This document shows, piece after piece, positions 19,645 to 29,646 of a DNA stretch of 64,000 bases (position 1 is its first letter; the number at the start of each line of letters is the position of its first letter). The notes beneath the pieces are model-generated. The model did not search any database and was not told the origin of the DNA. It worked only from the letters and a program-made list of their open reading frames with translations. The position numbers were made by a program, and so were the translations under genes. This DNA comes from an uncultured Candidatus Rokubacteria bacterium (GTDB lineage Bacteria; Methylomirabilota; Methylomirabilia; Rokubacteriales; CSP1-6): positions 393,692 to 457,691 of the forward strand of contig CAWHBD010000002.1 of assembly GCA_963827505.1 (NCBI GenBank), written 5' to 3'.

Positions 19645-20898
19645 TCAGGTGGCCGCCTTGGTCGAACGCGTCATCCGTCGCCATCGCCACCTCGCGCGGG
19701 CCACGAAGAATCGCCACGCCATCTCCAGCCGGTGCCGGCGCAGGCTCGCCTCGCCCAGCGCCACCAGCGCGAAGAGCCGGCACAGCCGGGCGTCGAGCGC
19801 GGCGGCACGGATGATCGCATCGGCCAGGGACGGATTGGCGAACAGCCGGCGCTGGATGCGCACGGAGTCGGCGAGCTCGTCGCCGATCTCCTCGCGCCAG
19901 CGCCTCTCGTAGGCCGCCAGCCGGGCGGCCGAGCCGTCGCCGGCCTGCACGGCGTCGGCCGCCACCTCGCCGGCGTGGCGGCCCGTCACCATCGCGTGGT
20001 AGATCCCCTCGCCCGTGTAGGCGTTGACGAAGCCGCCGGCGTCGCCGCAGACGAGGACACGCTCGGCGTAGGTCCGGGCCAGCGGCCCCCCCAGCGGCAG
20101 CCGGTACGCCTTGAAGTTGGCGGGATTGGAGCGGCCGCGCACGATGCCGCGGGCGGCGACCTCGTCGAGAAACCGCGCGTGGTGCGCGTAGGGCGGCCCG
20201 GTCAGCGTCTGCTTGAAGAACGGCAGCAGGAAGCCGACGCCGAAGTCGACGCAATCCCGCTTGGGGAACACGTAGCCGTACCCGGGCCAGCCCTTGTAAC
20301 CGTAGGCCACGTACATCGTGTCGGGGGCGGCCATCGACAGCTCGGCCAGCGGCGTCTCCTCCATCGTGTCGATGGCCAGCGTCTCCTCGGCAAAGCCCGT
20401 CGTGAGCCCGGCCGCCCGCGCCACCACGCTGTTGACCCCGTCGGCGCCGATCACGAGCCGGGCGGTCAGCGCGCGGCCGTCGACGCAGTGAACCACGACG
20501 CCGTCGGCGCCGGGCTCGATCCCCGTCACCCGTGCGCGCTCCAGGACCCGGGCGCCCTCGGCGCGGGCCCGGGCCAGCAGGGCGGCGTCGAGCTCGGTGC
20601 GGCGCAGCGTGAGGTAGAACGGCGCATCGCCGGAGGCCGTCACGGCATGGCCGGCCGGCGACTCCATCAGCACGCGGTGGATCTCGTGGATGGCCACCGT
20701 CGAGCGCAGGTGCTCGGCGAGATCGGGGAAGCGCCGGTAGACCCCGTAGCGAATGCCACCGCCGCACGGCTTGTCGCGCGGAAAGGGCTTCTTGTCGAGG
20801 ACGAGGACGTCGACGCCGCGCCGGGCCAGGGCCAGCGCGGCGAGCGACCCGGCCGGACCACCGCCGACCACGATCACCGCCGCGTCCACGTCTCGCAT
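19645..20898 (-). CDS. Geranylgeranyl-reductase-family FAD-dependent oxidoreductase
   Basis: Start [49 protein letters not shown] (GGR family signature), ...[19 protein letters not shown]. 417 aa, intact. The ORF-track N-terminal extension to 21114 is antisense to lhr. Confidence 0.75.
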   Translation of the reverse strand: MRDVDAAVIVVGGGPAGSLAALALARRGVDVLVLDKKPFPRDKPCGGGIRYGVYRRFPDLAEHLRSTVAIHEIHRVLMESPAGHAVTASGDAPFYLTLRRTELDAALLARARAEGARVLERARVTGIEPGADGVVVHCVDGRALTARLVIGADGVNSVVARAAGLTTGFAEETLAIDTMEETPLAELSMAAPDTMYVAYGYKGWPGYGYVFPKRDCVDFGVGFLLPFFKQTLTGPPYAHHARFLDEVAARGIVRGRSNPANFKAYRLPLGGPLARTYAERVLVCGDAGGFVNAYTGEGIYHAMVTGRHAGEVAADAVQAGDGSAARLAAYERRWREEIGDELADSVRIQRRLFANPSLADAIIRAAALDARLCRLFALVALGEASLRRHRLEMAWRFFVARARWRWRRMTRSTKAAT

Positions 20899-20937
20899 CG
20901 GGACAGCGTACTCCACACGCCGGGTACAATGGTCGGG

Positions 20938-23900
20938 ATGCCGGAGTTCCTCCCCTTCGTCCGCCGCTGGTTCACCGAGACGTTCGCCGACGCGACCCGC
21001 CCGCAGCGCGAGGGCTGGGAGGCCATCGCCTCCGGCCGCGACACGCTCATCGTGGCGCCGACTGGCTCCGGCAAGACGCTGGCCGCCTTCCTGTGGGCGC
21101 TCGACCACCTGCACCGGCTCGGCCTGGAGCGACGCCTCGAGGACCGCGTGTACGTGGTCTACGTCTCACCGCTGCGCGCGCTCAACAACGACATCGAGAA
21201 GAACCTGCGCGAGCCGCTGGCCGGCCTCCGCGCCGCGGCGGCCGCCGACGGCCTCGACCTGCCCGAGGTCCGAGTGGCCGTGCGCACCGGCGACACGCTG
21301 GCCGCCGCCCGCCAGGCCATGACGCGCCGCCCGCCGCACGTACTCATCACCACGCCGGAGTCGCTGTACATCCTGCTCACGACCCAGGGTTTCCGGCCGG
21401 CGCTGGCTCAGGCGCGGTTCGTGATCGTGGACGAGGTCCACGCGCTGATGGCCAGCAAGCGCGGGGCCCACCTGGCCCTCTCGCTGGAGCGGCTGCAGGC
21501 GCTGGTGGAGGGCGACGGGACCGCTGCCCGCCCCCAGCGGATCGGCCTGTCGGCCACGGTGCGACCGGTAGAAGACGCGCTGGCCTTCCTCACCGGCGCT
21601 ACCGCCCGTGACCCCGTGCTGATCGACACCGGCTTCTCGCGCGACCTCGACGTGCAGGTCGTCTCGCCGGTCGACGACTTCCTCACCACGACCAGCGACA
21701 CGGTCTGGGACGCCGCCCTGCAGCAGATCGCCGAACTGGTCCAGGCGCATCGCACGACGCTGGTCTTCGCCCAGAGCCGGCGCGCGGCCGAGCGCCTGGC
21801 CCGCGATCTCAACGACCGGGTCACCGACGGTCGAGTGGCCGCCCACCACGGCTCGCTCTCGCGTCGGGCCCGGCTGGACGCCGAGAACCGCCTGAAGGCC
21901 GGCGAGCTACGCGCGCTGGTCGCCACCTCCTCGCTGGAGCTCGGCATCGACGTGGGCGCCATCGACCTCGTCGTGCAGGTGCAGTCGCCGCGCAACGTCG
22001 CCGCCGCCCTGCAGCGCGTGGGCCGGGCCGGCCACCTGCTCTCCCGCACCTCCAAGGGCCGCATCCTGGTGACGAAAGGCGAGGAGCTGATGGAGGCGGC
22101 TGCGGTCGTGCGGGCGATCCGCGAGCGCTCGCTCGACCGCATCGCGATGCCCGAGGCCCCGCTCGACGTCCTCGCCCAGCAGATCGTGGCGGCGGTGGCC
22201 GCCGAGTCGCTCGACGTCGACACCCTGCACCGGCGCTTCATCAACGCCGCCCCGTACCGCGCGCTCTCCCGCGCGACCTTCGTGGAGGTCGTCCGGGCGG
22301 TGGCGGAGCCGCTGCCGCTGGAGGTCAAGGGGATCGCGCCCCGCATCCTCTGGGACCGCGTCAACGATCGGCTCCACGCCCGCCGAGGCACCCGCTTCCT
22401 GGCGCTGACCGCCGGCGGCACCATTCCCGACGCCGGGCTGCTCGACGTCTACGTGACCGAGACGGACCTCAAGGTCGGCACCCTCGACGAGGAGTTCGTC
22501 ACCGAGAGCCTGCCCGGCGACGTGTTCCTGCTCGGCTCCCACGCCTGGAAGATCGCCAAGGTCAAGGCCGGCCGCGTCCTGGTCGAGGACGCCCAGGGCA
22601 TGGCGCCGACCATTCCGTTCTGGAAGGGCGAGCACCCCTCCCGCTCGTTCGATCTCGGGGTGGCGGTCGGTCGCCTGCGCCGAGACGCCGCCGACAAGCT
22701 CGACGACCCCGACTTCGACGCGTGGGCGACCGCCGAGGCCGGTCTCGACAGCCGTGCCGTGCGCGCGATGCATGCCTGGCTGGTCAAGGCCGGCGAGGTG
22801 CTGCAGGGCGTGCCCGACGACCAGGGCATCGTCGTGGAGTCGTTCTCCGACGAGATGGGCGGCCGGCACGCCATGATCCACTCCGTCTTCGGCATGCGGG
22901 TCAATGGCGCCTGGGGCATGGCCCTGCGCGAGCAGGTCCGCCGGCGCTTCGGCCTGCTCGTCGAGGCCAGCCACGTCGACGACGGCATCCTGCTGTCCTT
23001 CGCGCCCGGCCAGGTGCCGCCCGCCCCCGAGCGGCTCGTCACCCTGGTGGGGCCCGACGAGCTCGACCCGCTGCTCGGCGAGGCACTCATCGGCTCGCCG
23101 ATGTTCGCCACCCGCTTCCGCCATGCGGCCGTGCGCGCGCTGTTCATCCCGCGCATGACGCGCGGCCAGCGCACGCCCGCCTACCTGCAACGGCTGAAGG
23201 CCGACGCGCTGCTGGAGTCCGTGCGCGGCCAGCCCGATTTCCCGGTGGTGGCCGAGACGCTGCGCGAGTGCTTCCACGACGCCTACGACGTCCCCCGCCT
23301 CAAGCGCCTGCTCGAGCGGCTGCAGGACGGCGAGCTGTGGACGCGCCACGTCGACACCCCGCTGCCCTCGCCCTTCGTCTACCCGCTGCTGATGGCCTGG
23401 GACTGGGCCTACCTGGACGCCGGCCACGCCGAGGAGCGGCGCAGCGACACGATCGTGATGCGCAAGGCGTGGAGCGTGGCGCCGGGACCGATGCGCGCCG
23501 ACATCGTCGCCGCCGTCGAGGCCGAGCTGCAGAAGACGACACCCGAGCGCCGGGCCCGCGACGCCAACGAGCTGGCTGCGATCCTGGACGACCTCGGCGA
23601 CCTCACGCGCGCAGAGATCGCCGAGCGCGTGCTGGGGGAGGCTGACGCGCTGATCGCGGCCCTGGTGGCCGAGCGGCGGATCGTCGAGGTCGAGTTCGGC
23701 GGCGGGCGGTGTACGTGGATCCCGGCCACCGACGCCACGCTCTACGCCGGCCTGGCGACCGAGGCCGGGCTGGAGCGTCTCACCTTGCGGGTGCTGCGCA
23801 CCCGGGGCCCGATGTCGGCCGACGCACTGGCCGCCCGCTACGGCCTCGTCGCCGCCGAGGTCACCCCCGCGCTCGATCGCCTCGTCCTGCGCGGCGTGGT

Positions 23901-25275
23901 GCGCGAGGGCACGTTCGTCGAGGGCGTCGAGGGTCGACAGTACGTGCACGTTGCCGTGCTGGACGAGATCCAGCGGCGCCAGGTCCACGCCCGACGCATC
24001 CCGCGGCCGGTGGTCACCGCCGAGCAGTTCTCGGCCTTCCTGCTGCGTCGCCATCACCTGCACCCCGAGCAGCGCCTGGTCGGTCCTCCCGGCGTCCTCG
24101 CCGCCCTCGAGCTGCTGCAGGGCGAGGACTTCGCGGCCCGCGTGTGGGAGCAGGACCTGCTACCCGCGCGGATCGACGGCTACCAGCGCGAGTGGCTCGA
24201 CCGGCTCGGCCTCTCGGGCGAGATCGTGTGGACGGTGTTCGAGCCGGGGGGCGGCGATCGCGGCCGCTCGGGCCGCGTGGGAGCCGCGCTGCGGGAGAAC
24301 GTCGGCTGGCTGCGCGAGAGCACCGAGCGGCCGCCGCTGGAGCCCGCCGTGAAGAACGTCCTGCTCCACCTGCAGCTGCGCGGTGCCTCGTTCGCCCGCG
24401 ACCTGGGTCGAGCCACGGGCCTCGACGGCCCCCAGGTCCTCGACGCCCTGTGGGCCCTGTTCCGGGCAGGCCTGGCCACTCCCGACACCTTCAGCGCGAT
24501 CGTCGCCGCGAGCACGGCACCACGTGCGATCGACACGCGGGGCCCCGCCCGTCGGCGTCCTCGCCGCGGCCAGGCCCGTGGCCCGCTCGTCCACCTGCCG
24601 CCGGTCGGCCGCTGGAGTGCGCTGGCCGAGGAGGAACCGCTGTCACCCGAGGATCGCGACGAGGCCTGGGCCCACCTCCTCCTGGCCCGCTACGGCGTGG
24701 TGGCGCGCGAGCTGGCGCGTGGCGACTGGGCCACGCTGCGCCACGTGCTGCTGCGCATGGAGTACGGCGGCGAGGTCGTACGGGGCTACTTCGTCGAGGG
24801 GCTCTCCGGCGAGCAGTACGCGCTCGAGGACGCGCTGGCCGCGCTGACGGCGCCGGCCACCCGCCGGGCCGAGCCACACGTCCTCACGAACATCGTCGAC
24901 CCCGCCAACCTGTGGGGCCGGGTGTGGCCGTTGTCGCGCCGCGACGGCTCGCGGCTGAGCGTGGCGCGGCTGGCTCATGCCTGGCTCGTGCTGCGGGCCG
25001 GGCGGCCCGTGCTGCTGGCCGAGAACTACGGCCGCGAGCTGACCCCGCTCGGCGGCTTCGAGCCGGTCGACCTGCCGGGGACCGTGCGCGCGCTGCAGGC
25101 GATGCTTGATCGCCCGCTCACGCTGCGCCCGGTCCGCCGGCTGGAGATTCTCATCTGGGACGGCCGGCCCGTTCGCGACAGCGAAGCCTTCTCGGCCTTC
25201 GCGGAGGCCGGCTTCAGCGCCGACGGCGCGCGCCTCAGCTGGGACGGCTACCCGGGTCCTCGACTACCGCGTTGA
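20938..25275 (+). CDS. lhr: Lhr-family large ATP-dependent DEAD/DEAH-box helicase (1445 aa)
   Basis: MPEFLPFVRRWFTETFADATRPQREGWEAIASGRDTLIVAPTGSGKTLAAF (Walker A), VIVDEVHAL (DExH), GLSATV, HHGSLSRRARLDAENRLKAGELRALVATSSLELGIDVG, QRVGRAGH (motif VI). The long C-terminal Lhr-specific domains are intact. The upstream part of the 1956-aa ORF in the track (19405-20937) is antisense to the GGR gene and I rejected it. Confidence 0.85.
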   Translation: MPEFLPFVRRWFTETFADATRPQREGWEAIASGRDTLIVAPTGSGKTLAAFLWALDHLHRLGLERRLEDRVYVVYVSPLRALNNDIEKNLREPLAGLRAAAAADGLDLPEVRVAVRTGDTLAAARQAMTRRPPHVLITTPESLYILLTTQGFRPALAQARFVIVDEVHALMASKRGAHLALSLERLQALVEGDGTAARPQRIGLSATVRPVEDALAFLTGATARDPVLIDTGFSRDLDVQVVSPVDDFLTTTSDTVWDAALQQIAELVQAHRTTLVFAQSRRAAERLARDLNDRVTDGRVAAHHGSLSRRARLDAENRLKAGELRALVATSSLELGIDVGAIDLVVQVQSPRNVAAALQRVGRAGHLLSRTSKGRILVTKGEELMEAAAVVRAIRERSLDRIAMPEAPLDVLAQQIVAAVAAESLDVDTLHRRFINAAPYRALSRATFVEVVRAVAEPLPLEVKGIAPRILWDRVNDRLHARRGTRFLALTAGGTIPDAGLLDVYVTETDLKVGTLDEEFVTESLPGDVFLLGSHAWKIAKVKAGRVLVEDAQGMAPTIPFWKGEHPSRSFDLGVAVGRLRRDAADKLDDPDFDAWATAEAGLDSRAVRAMHAWLVKAGEVLQGVPDDQGIVVESFSDEMGGRHAMIHSVFGMRVNGAWGMALREQVRRRFGLLVEASHVDDGILLSFAPGQVPPAPERLVTLVGPDELDPLLGEALIGSPMFATRFRHAAVRALFIPRMTRGQRTPAYLQRLKADALLESVRGQPDFPVVAETLRECFHDAYDVPRLKRLLERLQDGELWTRHVDTPLPSPFVYPLLMAWDWAYLDAGHAEERRSDTIVMRKAWSVAPGPMRADIVAAVEAELQKTTPERRARDANELAAILDDLGDLTRAEIAERVLGEADALIAALVAERRIVEVEFGGGRCTWIPATDATLYAGLATEAGLERLTLRVLRTRGPMSADALAARYGLVAAEVTPALDRLVLRGVVREGTFVEGVEGRQYVHVAVLDEIQRRQVHARRIPRPVVTAEQFSAFLLRRHHLHPEQRLVGPPGVLAALELLQGEDFAARVWEQDLLPARIDGYQREWLDRLGLSGEIVWTVFEPGGGDRGRSGRVGAALRENVGWLRESTERPPLEPAVKNVLLHLQLRGASFARDLGRATGLDGPQVLDALWALFRAGLATPDTFSAIVAASTAPRAIDTRGPARRRPRRGQARGPLVHLPPVGRWSALAEEEPLSPEDRDEAWAHLLLARYGVVARELARGDWATLRHVLLRMEYGGEVVRGYFVEGLSGEQYALEDALAALTAPATRRAEPHVLTNIVDPANLWGRVWPLSRRDGSRLSVARLAHAWLVLRAGRPVLLAENYGRELTPLGGFEPVDLPGTVRALQAMLDRPLTLRPVRRLEILIWDGRPVRDSEAFSAFAEAGFSADGARLSWDGYPGPRLPR

Positions 25276-25602
25276 GCCGGGCGAGGCCGCCGGCGTCGAG
25301 ATCTGCAGACTATTGACCACGCGGCCCACGCCCTTCACCTGCCGGGCAATCTCCTCGGCCCGCACCTTCTGATCGACCGAATCGACCACGCCGTCGAGGT
25401 GCACCTGGCCGTTGACCGTGTTGACGCCGACCCGCGTGAAGTTCGACGCCTTCTCACCGACCAGCTTGGCCTTCACCTCGGCCGTGATGGTCGAGTCGTC
25501 GATCACCCGGCCGGTGCTGCGGCCGGTCATCGACTGGCAGCCCGACGCGAACGCCACGACCATCAGCAGCGCGACGACGACCTTGAACGTTGGACCGCGC
25601 AT
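25264..25602 (-). CDS. BON-domain lipoprotein (OsmY-like)
   Basis: MRGPTFKVVVALLMVVAFASGCQS (lipobox), then a BON domain STITAEVKAKLVGEKASNFTRVGVNTVNGQVHLDGVVDSVDQKVRAEEIARQVKGVGRVVNSL. Overlaps the 3' end of lhr by 12 nt (convergent). Confidence 0.65.
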   Translation of the reverse strand: MRGPTFKVVVALLMVVAFASGCQSMTGRSTGRVIDDSTITAEVKAKLVGEKASNFTRVGVNTVNGQVHLDGVVDSVDQKVRAEEIARQVKGVGRVVNSLQISTPAASPGSTR

Positions 25603-25815
25603 GACTCTCACTCCGTGTCTCGCGCTCGGCATCGCCGGCGCGGAATCGCCTGTCTGGTGTTCACGCGATGATCGGAGCCCGCCCATCGGACCCCGGCAAC
25701 GCCCTGTATACCCGCACGGAGCAGAGCAGTCCGCGTGCCAGCGACCTCCGCGCCCTAGTGGAGCGCGCGCAGGCAGGGTACGCTTGGCCGCCATGGCCAC
25801 TCCTTCGAGGCCGGC

Positions 25816-26259
25816 GTGAAGGCGCGTGCCGGTCGCTCCGCGGCCGCGCGCCCGCGGCCGACCCGGCGCGCCGCGGACCGGACGCGCCCGCCGGCCAGCG
25901 CGCGAGTGGCCACCAAGCGGGTGTACGAGGCGCCGGCGGCTGCCGACGGCACCCGCGTGCTGGTCATGCGCTATTGGCCGCGCGGGATCCGCAAGGAGAA
26001 GGTCGACGTCTGGCTGCGCGAGCTGGGGCCGGTCATTCCGCTGCTGCGCAGCTTCCTGGATGGGGAGATCACCTGGGCGCAGTACGTGCCGCGCTATCGG
26101 GCCGGCCTGCAGCGCGCCGAGGCGCAGGCCGCGCTCGCCGAGCTCCGGGGCCTCGCCGGCCGCGGGGCCCTCACGCTGCTGTGCAGCTGCGCCGATCCCG
26201 AGCGGTGCCATCGCACGCTGCTCCAGCGGCTTCTGCTAGACTCTGGCGGCGAGGCGTGA
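25816..26259 (+). CDS. DUF488-family protein
   Basis: KRVYEAPAAADGTRVLVMRYWPRGIRKEKVDVWLRELGP...LRGLAGRGALTLLCSCADPERCHRTLLQRLL matches the DUF488 pattern (RLWPRG...K...W.KEL.P; TLLY/CS.D...HA.VL). The true start may be an internal GTG near 25910. Confidence 0.55.
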   Translation: MKARAGRSAAARPRPTRRAADRTRPPASARVATKRVYEAPAAADGTRVLVMRYWPRGIRKEKVDVWLRELGPVIPLLRSFLDGEITWAQYVPRYRAGLQRAEAQAALAELRGLAGRGALTLLCSCADPERCHRTLLQRLLLDSGGEA

Positions 26260-26269
26260 CCCTGATCGG

Positions 26270-26689
26270 ATGAGACGCGCACGGTGGCTGCTCCCGCTGC
26301 TGCTCGCGGCCGCCGCAAGCACGGCGACGGCCGAGCACGAGATCTTCTATCGCTACACGGTGCTCGGCTACGTCAAGGACGCGGCCGGCCAGCCCCGCCC
26401 CGGGCAACGCCTGGAGCTGACGCGCGACAAGACCGGCTTCTCCTACCTCGGGGAGAGTGACGCGGCGGGGCTCTTCGTGATCGTCGCGCGGCTGGGCGAC
26501 GAGAGCGCCGGCGAGTCGCTCACCTTGCGGATGGGCCCGACCCAACTGCAACTGGTGGCGAGCTTCGACCCGGCCAACCACACCGAGGAGCGCGGTACGC
26601 GGATCGACCTGGAGGGCGCGCAGGCCCTGGAGCGGCCGACCTGGTTCCGGGCGACGCTGACCCAGCTGCGCAGCGCGCCCCGGCCCTGA
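26270..26689 (+). CDS. Hypothetical secreted protein (139 aa, signal peptide)
   Basis: MRRARWLLPLLLAAAASTATAEHE, then a beta-rich sequence. GC3-rich coding pattern. I recognise no family. Confidence 0.45.
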   Translation: MRRARWLLPLLLAAAASTATAEHEIFYRYTVLGYVKDAAGQPRPGQRLELTRDKTGFSYLGESDAAGLFVIVARLGDESAGESLTLRMGPTQLQLVASFDPANHTEERGTRIDLEGAQALERPTWFRATLTQLRSAPRP

Positions 26690-26693
26690 GCCA

Positions 26694-26978
26694 ATGGAGG
26701 CAAACATGGCGACGAAGACACCGCGGCGCGGGATGAAGGCGTTCGTGCTGATCGAGACGGCCCCCGGCAAGACCAAGTCGGTCAAGAAGGAGCTGAGCCG
26801 GATCGCCGGCTCCGGCTCCAGCCTGGCTCACCTCGACGCCGTCACCGGCCCCTACGACTTCATCGCCCAGGTCGAGGGCGCCACCCTGGACGCCATCGGG
26901 CGACTGGTCACCGACGAGATCGGCATCATCGACGGAGTGACCCGCACCACGACCTGCGTCGCGGTCGCCATCGGCTGA
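26694..26978 (+). CDS. Stand-alone Lrp/AsnC ligand-binding (RAM) domain protein
   Basis: MKAFVLIETAPGKTKSVKKELSRIAGSGSSLAHLDAVTGPYDFIAQVEGATLDAIGRLVTDEIGIIDGVTRTTTCVAV is the beta-alpha-beta-beta-alpha-beta RAM fold without an HTH. The start could be the internal ATG (MKAF). Confidence 0.6.
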   Translation: MEANMATKTPRRGMKAFVLIETAPGKTKSVKKELSRIAGSGSSLAHLDAVTGPYDFIAQVEGATLDAIGRLVTDEIGIIDGVTRTTTCVAVAIG

Positions 26979-26979
26979 C

Positions 26980-27936
26980 GTGCGGGTCCTCGTCGCCGGC
27001 GGCACCGAATTCATCAGCCTGCACCTGGTCCAGGCGCTGCGGCGCGACGGCCACGACGTCACCGTCCTCAACCGCGGCCGCCGGCCGGCCCGACTGCCGG
27101 CCGGCGTGCAGGCCATCGTCGCCGACCGCAAGGACCACGGCGCTCTGCGGGCGGCGCTGGCCGGCGAGCGCTTCGACGGCCTGGTCGACGTCACCTACGC
27201 GCCCACGCTCGGCGAGGACGTGGCGGCGCTGCTCGACGCGCCGGCGGCGGTCGGTCACGTGCTGTTCGTGTCCACCGGCCGCGTGTACGACCACGCGCGG
27301 CCGATCCCCTTCGACGAGGACACCGCGCGCACGCTCTACTGGGGTGACTACGCGAAGCACAAGATCGCCGGCGAGGACGTCCTGATGGAGCGGCACCGCG
27401 CGCGGGGGCTGCCGGTGACCATCGTGCGGCCCACCCACGTGTACGGGCCGCTCAACACGCGCAACAACGAGACGTTCTTCTTCGACCGTCTCGTGCGCGA
27501 CCGCCCCATCCTGGTGCCGGGAGAGGGCGGCTGGCTCCGGCAGTTCGGCCACGTGGCCGACCTGGCCGACGCCATGGCCGCCATGCTCGGCGTGCCGGCC
27601 GCGTTCGGGCGCGCCTACAACGTCAGCGGCGAGGAGGCGATCACCCAGGTCGGCTTCGTCGAGCTGATCGCCGAGGTCATGAAGCGCCACCTCACGCTGA
27701 TCTTCACGCCGCCCAAGGTCGGCCAGACGCCGGTCCCCTTTGGCCAGAACCTCGTGTACGACTGCCACGCCGTGTACACGACCGCCCGCGTCCGCGCCGA
27801 GCTGGGGGTGAGCCCCAGCTACACGCTGGGGGCCGGGCTGCTCCACACGCTCGAGTGGTACCAGGGCGAGGGCCTCGATCGGCGCGAGATCGACTTCTCG
27901 GCCGACGACGCCATGCTGCGGGCGCTCGGCGCCTGA
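26980..27936 (+). CDS. NAD-dependent epimerase/dehydratase family protein (extended SDR)
   Basis: VRVLVAGGTEFISLHLVQALRRDGHDVTVLNRG (GxxGxxG), YAKHKIAGE (YxxxK). 318 aa, intact. GTG start directly after the upstream stop. Confidence 0.75.
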   Translation: MRVLVAGGTEFISLHLVQALRRDGHDVTVLNRGRRPARLPAGVQAIVADRKDHGALRAALAGERFDGLVDVTYAPTLGEDVAALLDAPAAVGHVLFVSTGRVYDHARPIPFDEDTARTLYWGDYAKHKIAGEDVLMERHRARGLPVTIVRPTHVYGPLNTRNNETFFFDRLVRDRPILVPGEGGWLRQFGHVADLADAMAAMLGVPAAFGRAYNVSGEEAITQVGFVELIAEVMKRHLTLIFTPPKVGQTPVPFGQNLVYDCHAVYTTARVRAELGVSPSYTLGAGLLHTLEWYQGEGLDRREIDFSADDAMLRALGA

Positions 27937-28898
27937 TGTCGGTGCCGGAGGCGGCCCCGGCCTCACTGCTCGTCTACCACCCCGACGAGGCCCCGCAGTA
28001 CGCGCAGCTGATCCGCATCCCGGCCGGACGCGAGGTCACCCTGCACGTCTGCGCCACCGAGAGCGAGGCCGCCTCGGTCATCGGCGAGGTCCAGGCGGCC
28101 TACGCGTGGAAGCTGCCGCCGGTGCTCTACGGCAAGGCGCGGCGCCTGCAGTGGCTGCAGGCCATGGGGGCGGGCGTGGACTGGGTGCTGGTGCCGGAGC
28201 TCCCGGCCCGGATCGTCGTCACGCGGGCGCCGGGCATCTTCGGCCCGTGGATGAGCGAATACGTGCTCGGCTGGTGCTCGTGGGTCACCCAGAAGACCGA
28301 GGTCTACCGCGCGGCTCAGCGCGAGCGACGCTGGCGCGAGGACGTGCTGCCGGGACGGCTGCGCGGCAAGACGCTGACGCTGGTGGGCGTGGGCGACATC
28401 GGCCGCGAGATCGCCCGGGTGGCCCGCGCCGTCGGCATGCACGTCATCGGCGTCAGCCGCTCGGGCGAGCGGGTGCCGGCCGTGGAGCGCGTGTACCGGC
28501 CGGGCTACCTGGCCCGGGCCCTGGCCGCCGCCGACTTCGTGGTGGTCGTGGTGCCGCTGACGAAGAAGACGCGCGGCCTCATCGACGCCGAGGCGCTGGC
28601 GGCGATGCGGCCGGACGCCTGGCTGCTGAACATCGGCCGCGGCGCGGTGGTCGACGAGGCGGCGCTGCTGGAGGCGCTGCGGACCAGGCGCATCGCGGGG
28701 GCCGTCCTCGACGTGTTCCCGACCGAGCCGCTGCCCGCCGAGCACCCGCTGTGGGAGCTCGACAACGTCGTGATCACGCCCCACGTGGCCGGGCCCAGCA
28801 CCGCCGAGGAGATCGCGCCGGTCTTCAACGACAACCTCGCCCGCTGGCTGCGCGGACGCCCGCTGCAGCACGTCGTCGATCGCACGCGCGGCTACTGA
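27936..28898 (+). CDS. D-isomer-specific 2-hydroxyacid dehydrogenase family protein (glyoxylate/hydroxypyruvate reductase-like)
   Basis: GKTLTLVGVGDIGREIARVARAVGMHVIGVSRS (NAD site), VVVVVPLTKKTRGLIDAEALAAMRPDAWLLNIGRGAVVDEAAL, ITPHVAGPS (catalytic His). The start ATG overlaps the upstream stop (TGATG). Confidence 0.8.
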   Translation: MSVPEAAPASLLVYHPDEAPQYAQLIRIPAGREVTLHVCATESEAASVIGEVQAAYAWKLPPVLYGKARRLQWLQAMGAGVDWVLVPELPARIVVTRAPGIFGPWMSEYVLGWCSWVTQKTEVYRAAQRERRWREDVLPGRLRGKTLTLVGVGDIGREIARVARAVGMHVIGVSRSGERVPAVERVYRPGYLARALAAADFVVVVVPLTKKTRGLIDAEALAAMRPDAWLLNIGRGAVVDEAALLEALRTRRIAGAVLDVFPTEPLPAEHPLWELDNVVITPHVAGPSTAEEIAPVFNDNLARWLRGRPLQHVVDRTRGY

Positions 28899-28910
28899 TC
28901 GCCCCGACGG

Positions 28911-29645
28911 CTACGGCCGGCGGATCACCAGCCGGTAGCCCAGGTCCAGCTCCTCGAGGTCCAGCAGGTCGGCGTGGCGCCGACGCCAGGTGCCGTCGGC
29001 GAGATCACGATGCAGCCGGGCCAGGCCGGGTTCGGCGTCGCCCAGCTTGCTGAACGTCGACATCGCCCCGCGCACGCCGGGATCGAGGTAGGCCTCCGGG
29101 CGCCGCCAGTAGGCGCCGACGAAGCCGTCCGTGCAGTCGTGCGGCACCGGCACCGGCCGGACCTCGATCGGCCCCAGCCGGCGACGCAGCTCGTCCAGCG
29201 TCGGGAAGATGGGCCGGTCGATCGCCCAGATGCCAGGGAAATATTCGTCGACGAGCCAGAAGCGCGGCGTGGCCGGATCCCACGTCAGCAACACCACGCA
29301 TGCGGCGACGCGGGCGAGCTCGGCCAGGCCCCGGGTGCGGTCCGGCCAGTGGTGCACCGTCAGTATGGCCAGCGTCGCGTCGAAGGCGGCGTCGCGGAAC
29401 GGCAGGTCCGTGGCTGACGCTTGCAGGGCCGGCGCGGCGCCGGGCGGCCGCTGGGCGATCATGGCCGCCGAGGGCTCGACGGCGACCACCCGGCGCCCGC
29501 CCGGCTCGTAGGAGCCGGCGCCGGCTCCCACGTTGACGATCGTGACCGCCTCGCCGAGGGCGGCGTCGATGGCCGCGGCTACCCGCGCATCCGGCCGCCG
29601 GTAGGCGCCGTAGCCGCGGCCGATGCGGTCGTAGAGCTCCGCCAC
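28911..29645 (-). CDS. Class I SAM-dependent methyltransferase
   Basis: VAELYDRIGRGYGAYR...TIVNVGAGAGSYEP (motif I), AFDATLAILTVHHWPD. GTG start. The longer ORF-track extension to 29762 has no support. Confidence 0.65.
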   Translation of the reverse strand: MAELYDRIGRGYGAYRRPDARVAAAIDAALGEAVTIVNVGAGAGSYEPGGRRVVAVEPSAAMIAQRPPGAAPALQASATDLPFRDAAFDATLAILTVHHWPDRTRGLAELARVAACVVLLTWDPATPRFWLVDEYFPGIWAIDRPIFPTLDELRRRLGPIEVRPVPVPHDCTDGFVGAYWRRPEAYLDPGVRGAMSTFSKLGDAEPGLARLHRDLADGTWRRRHADLLDLEELDLGYRLVIRRP

Positions 29646-29646
29646 T

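Noticed and set aside
19405-20937. The N-terminal 510 codons of the 1956-aa ORF in the track (19405..25275)
   Set aside because: This stretch is antisense to the well-supported GGR-like gene, Arg/Pro/Gly-rich with no homology, and typical high-GC open-frame noise. The helicase begins at MPEF (20938), 40 nt from the divergent GGR start.
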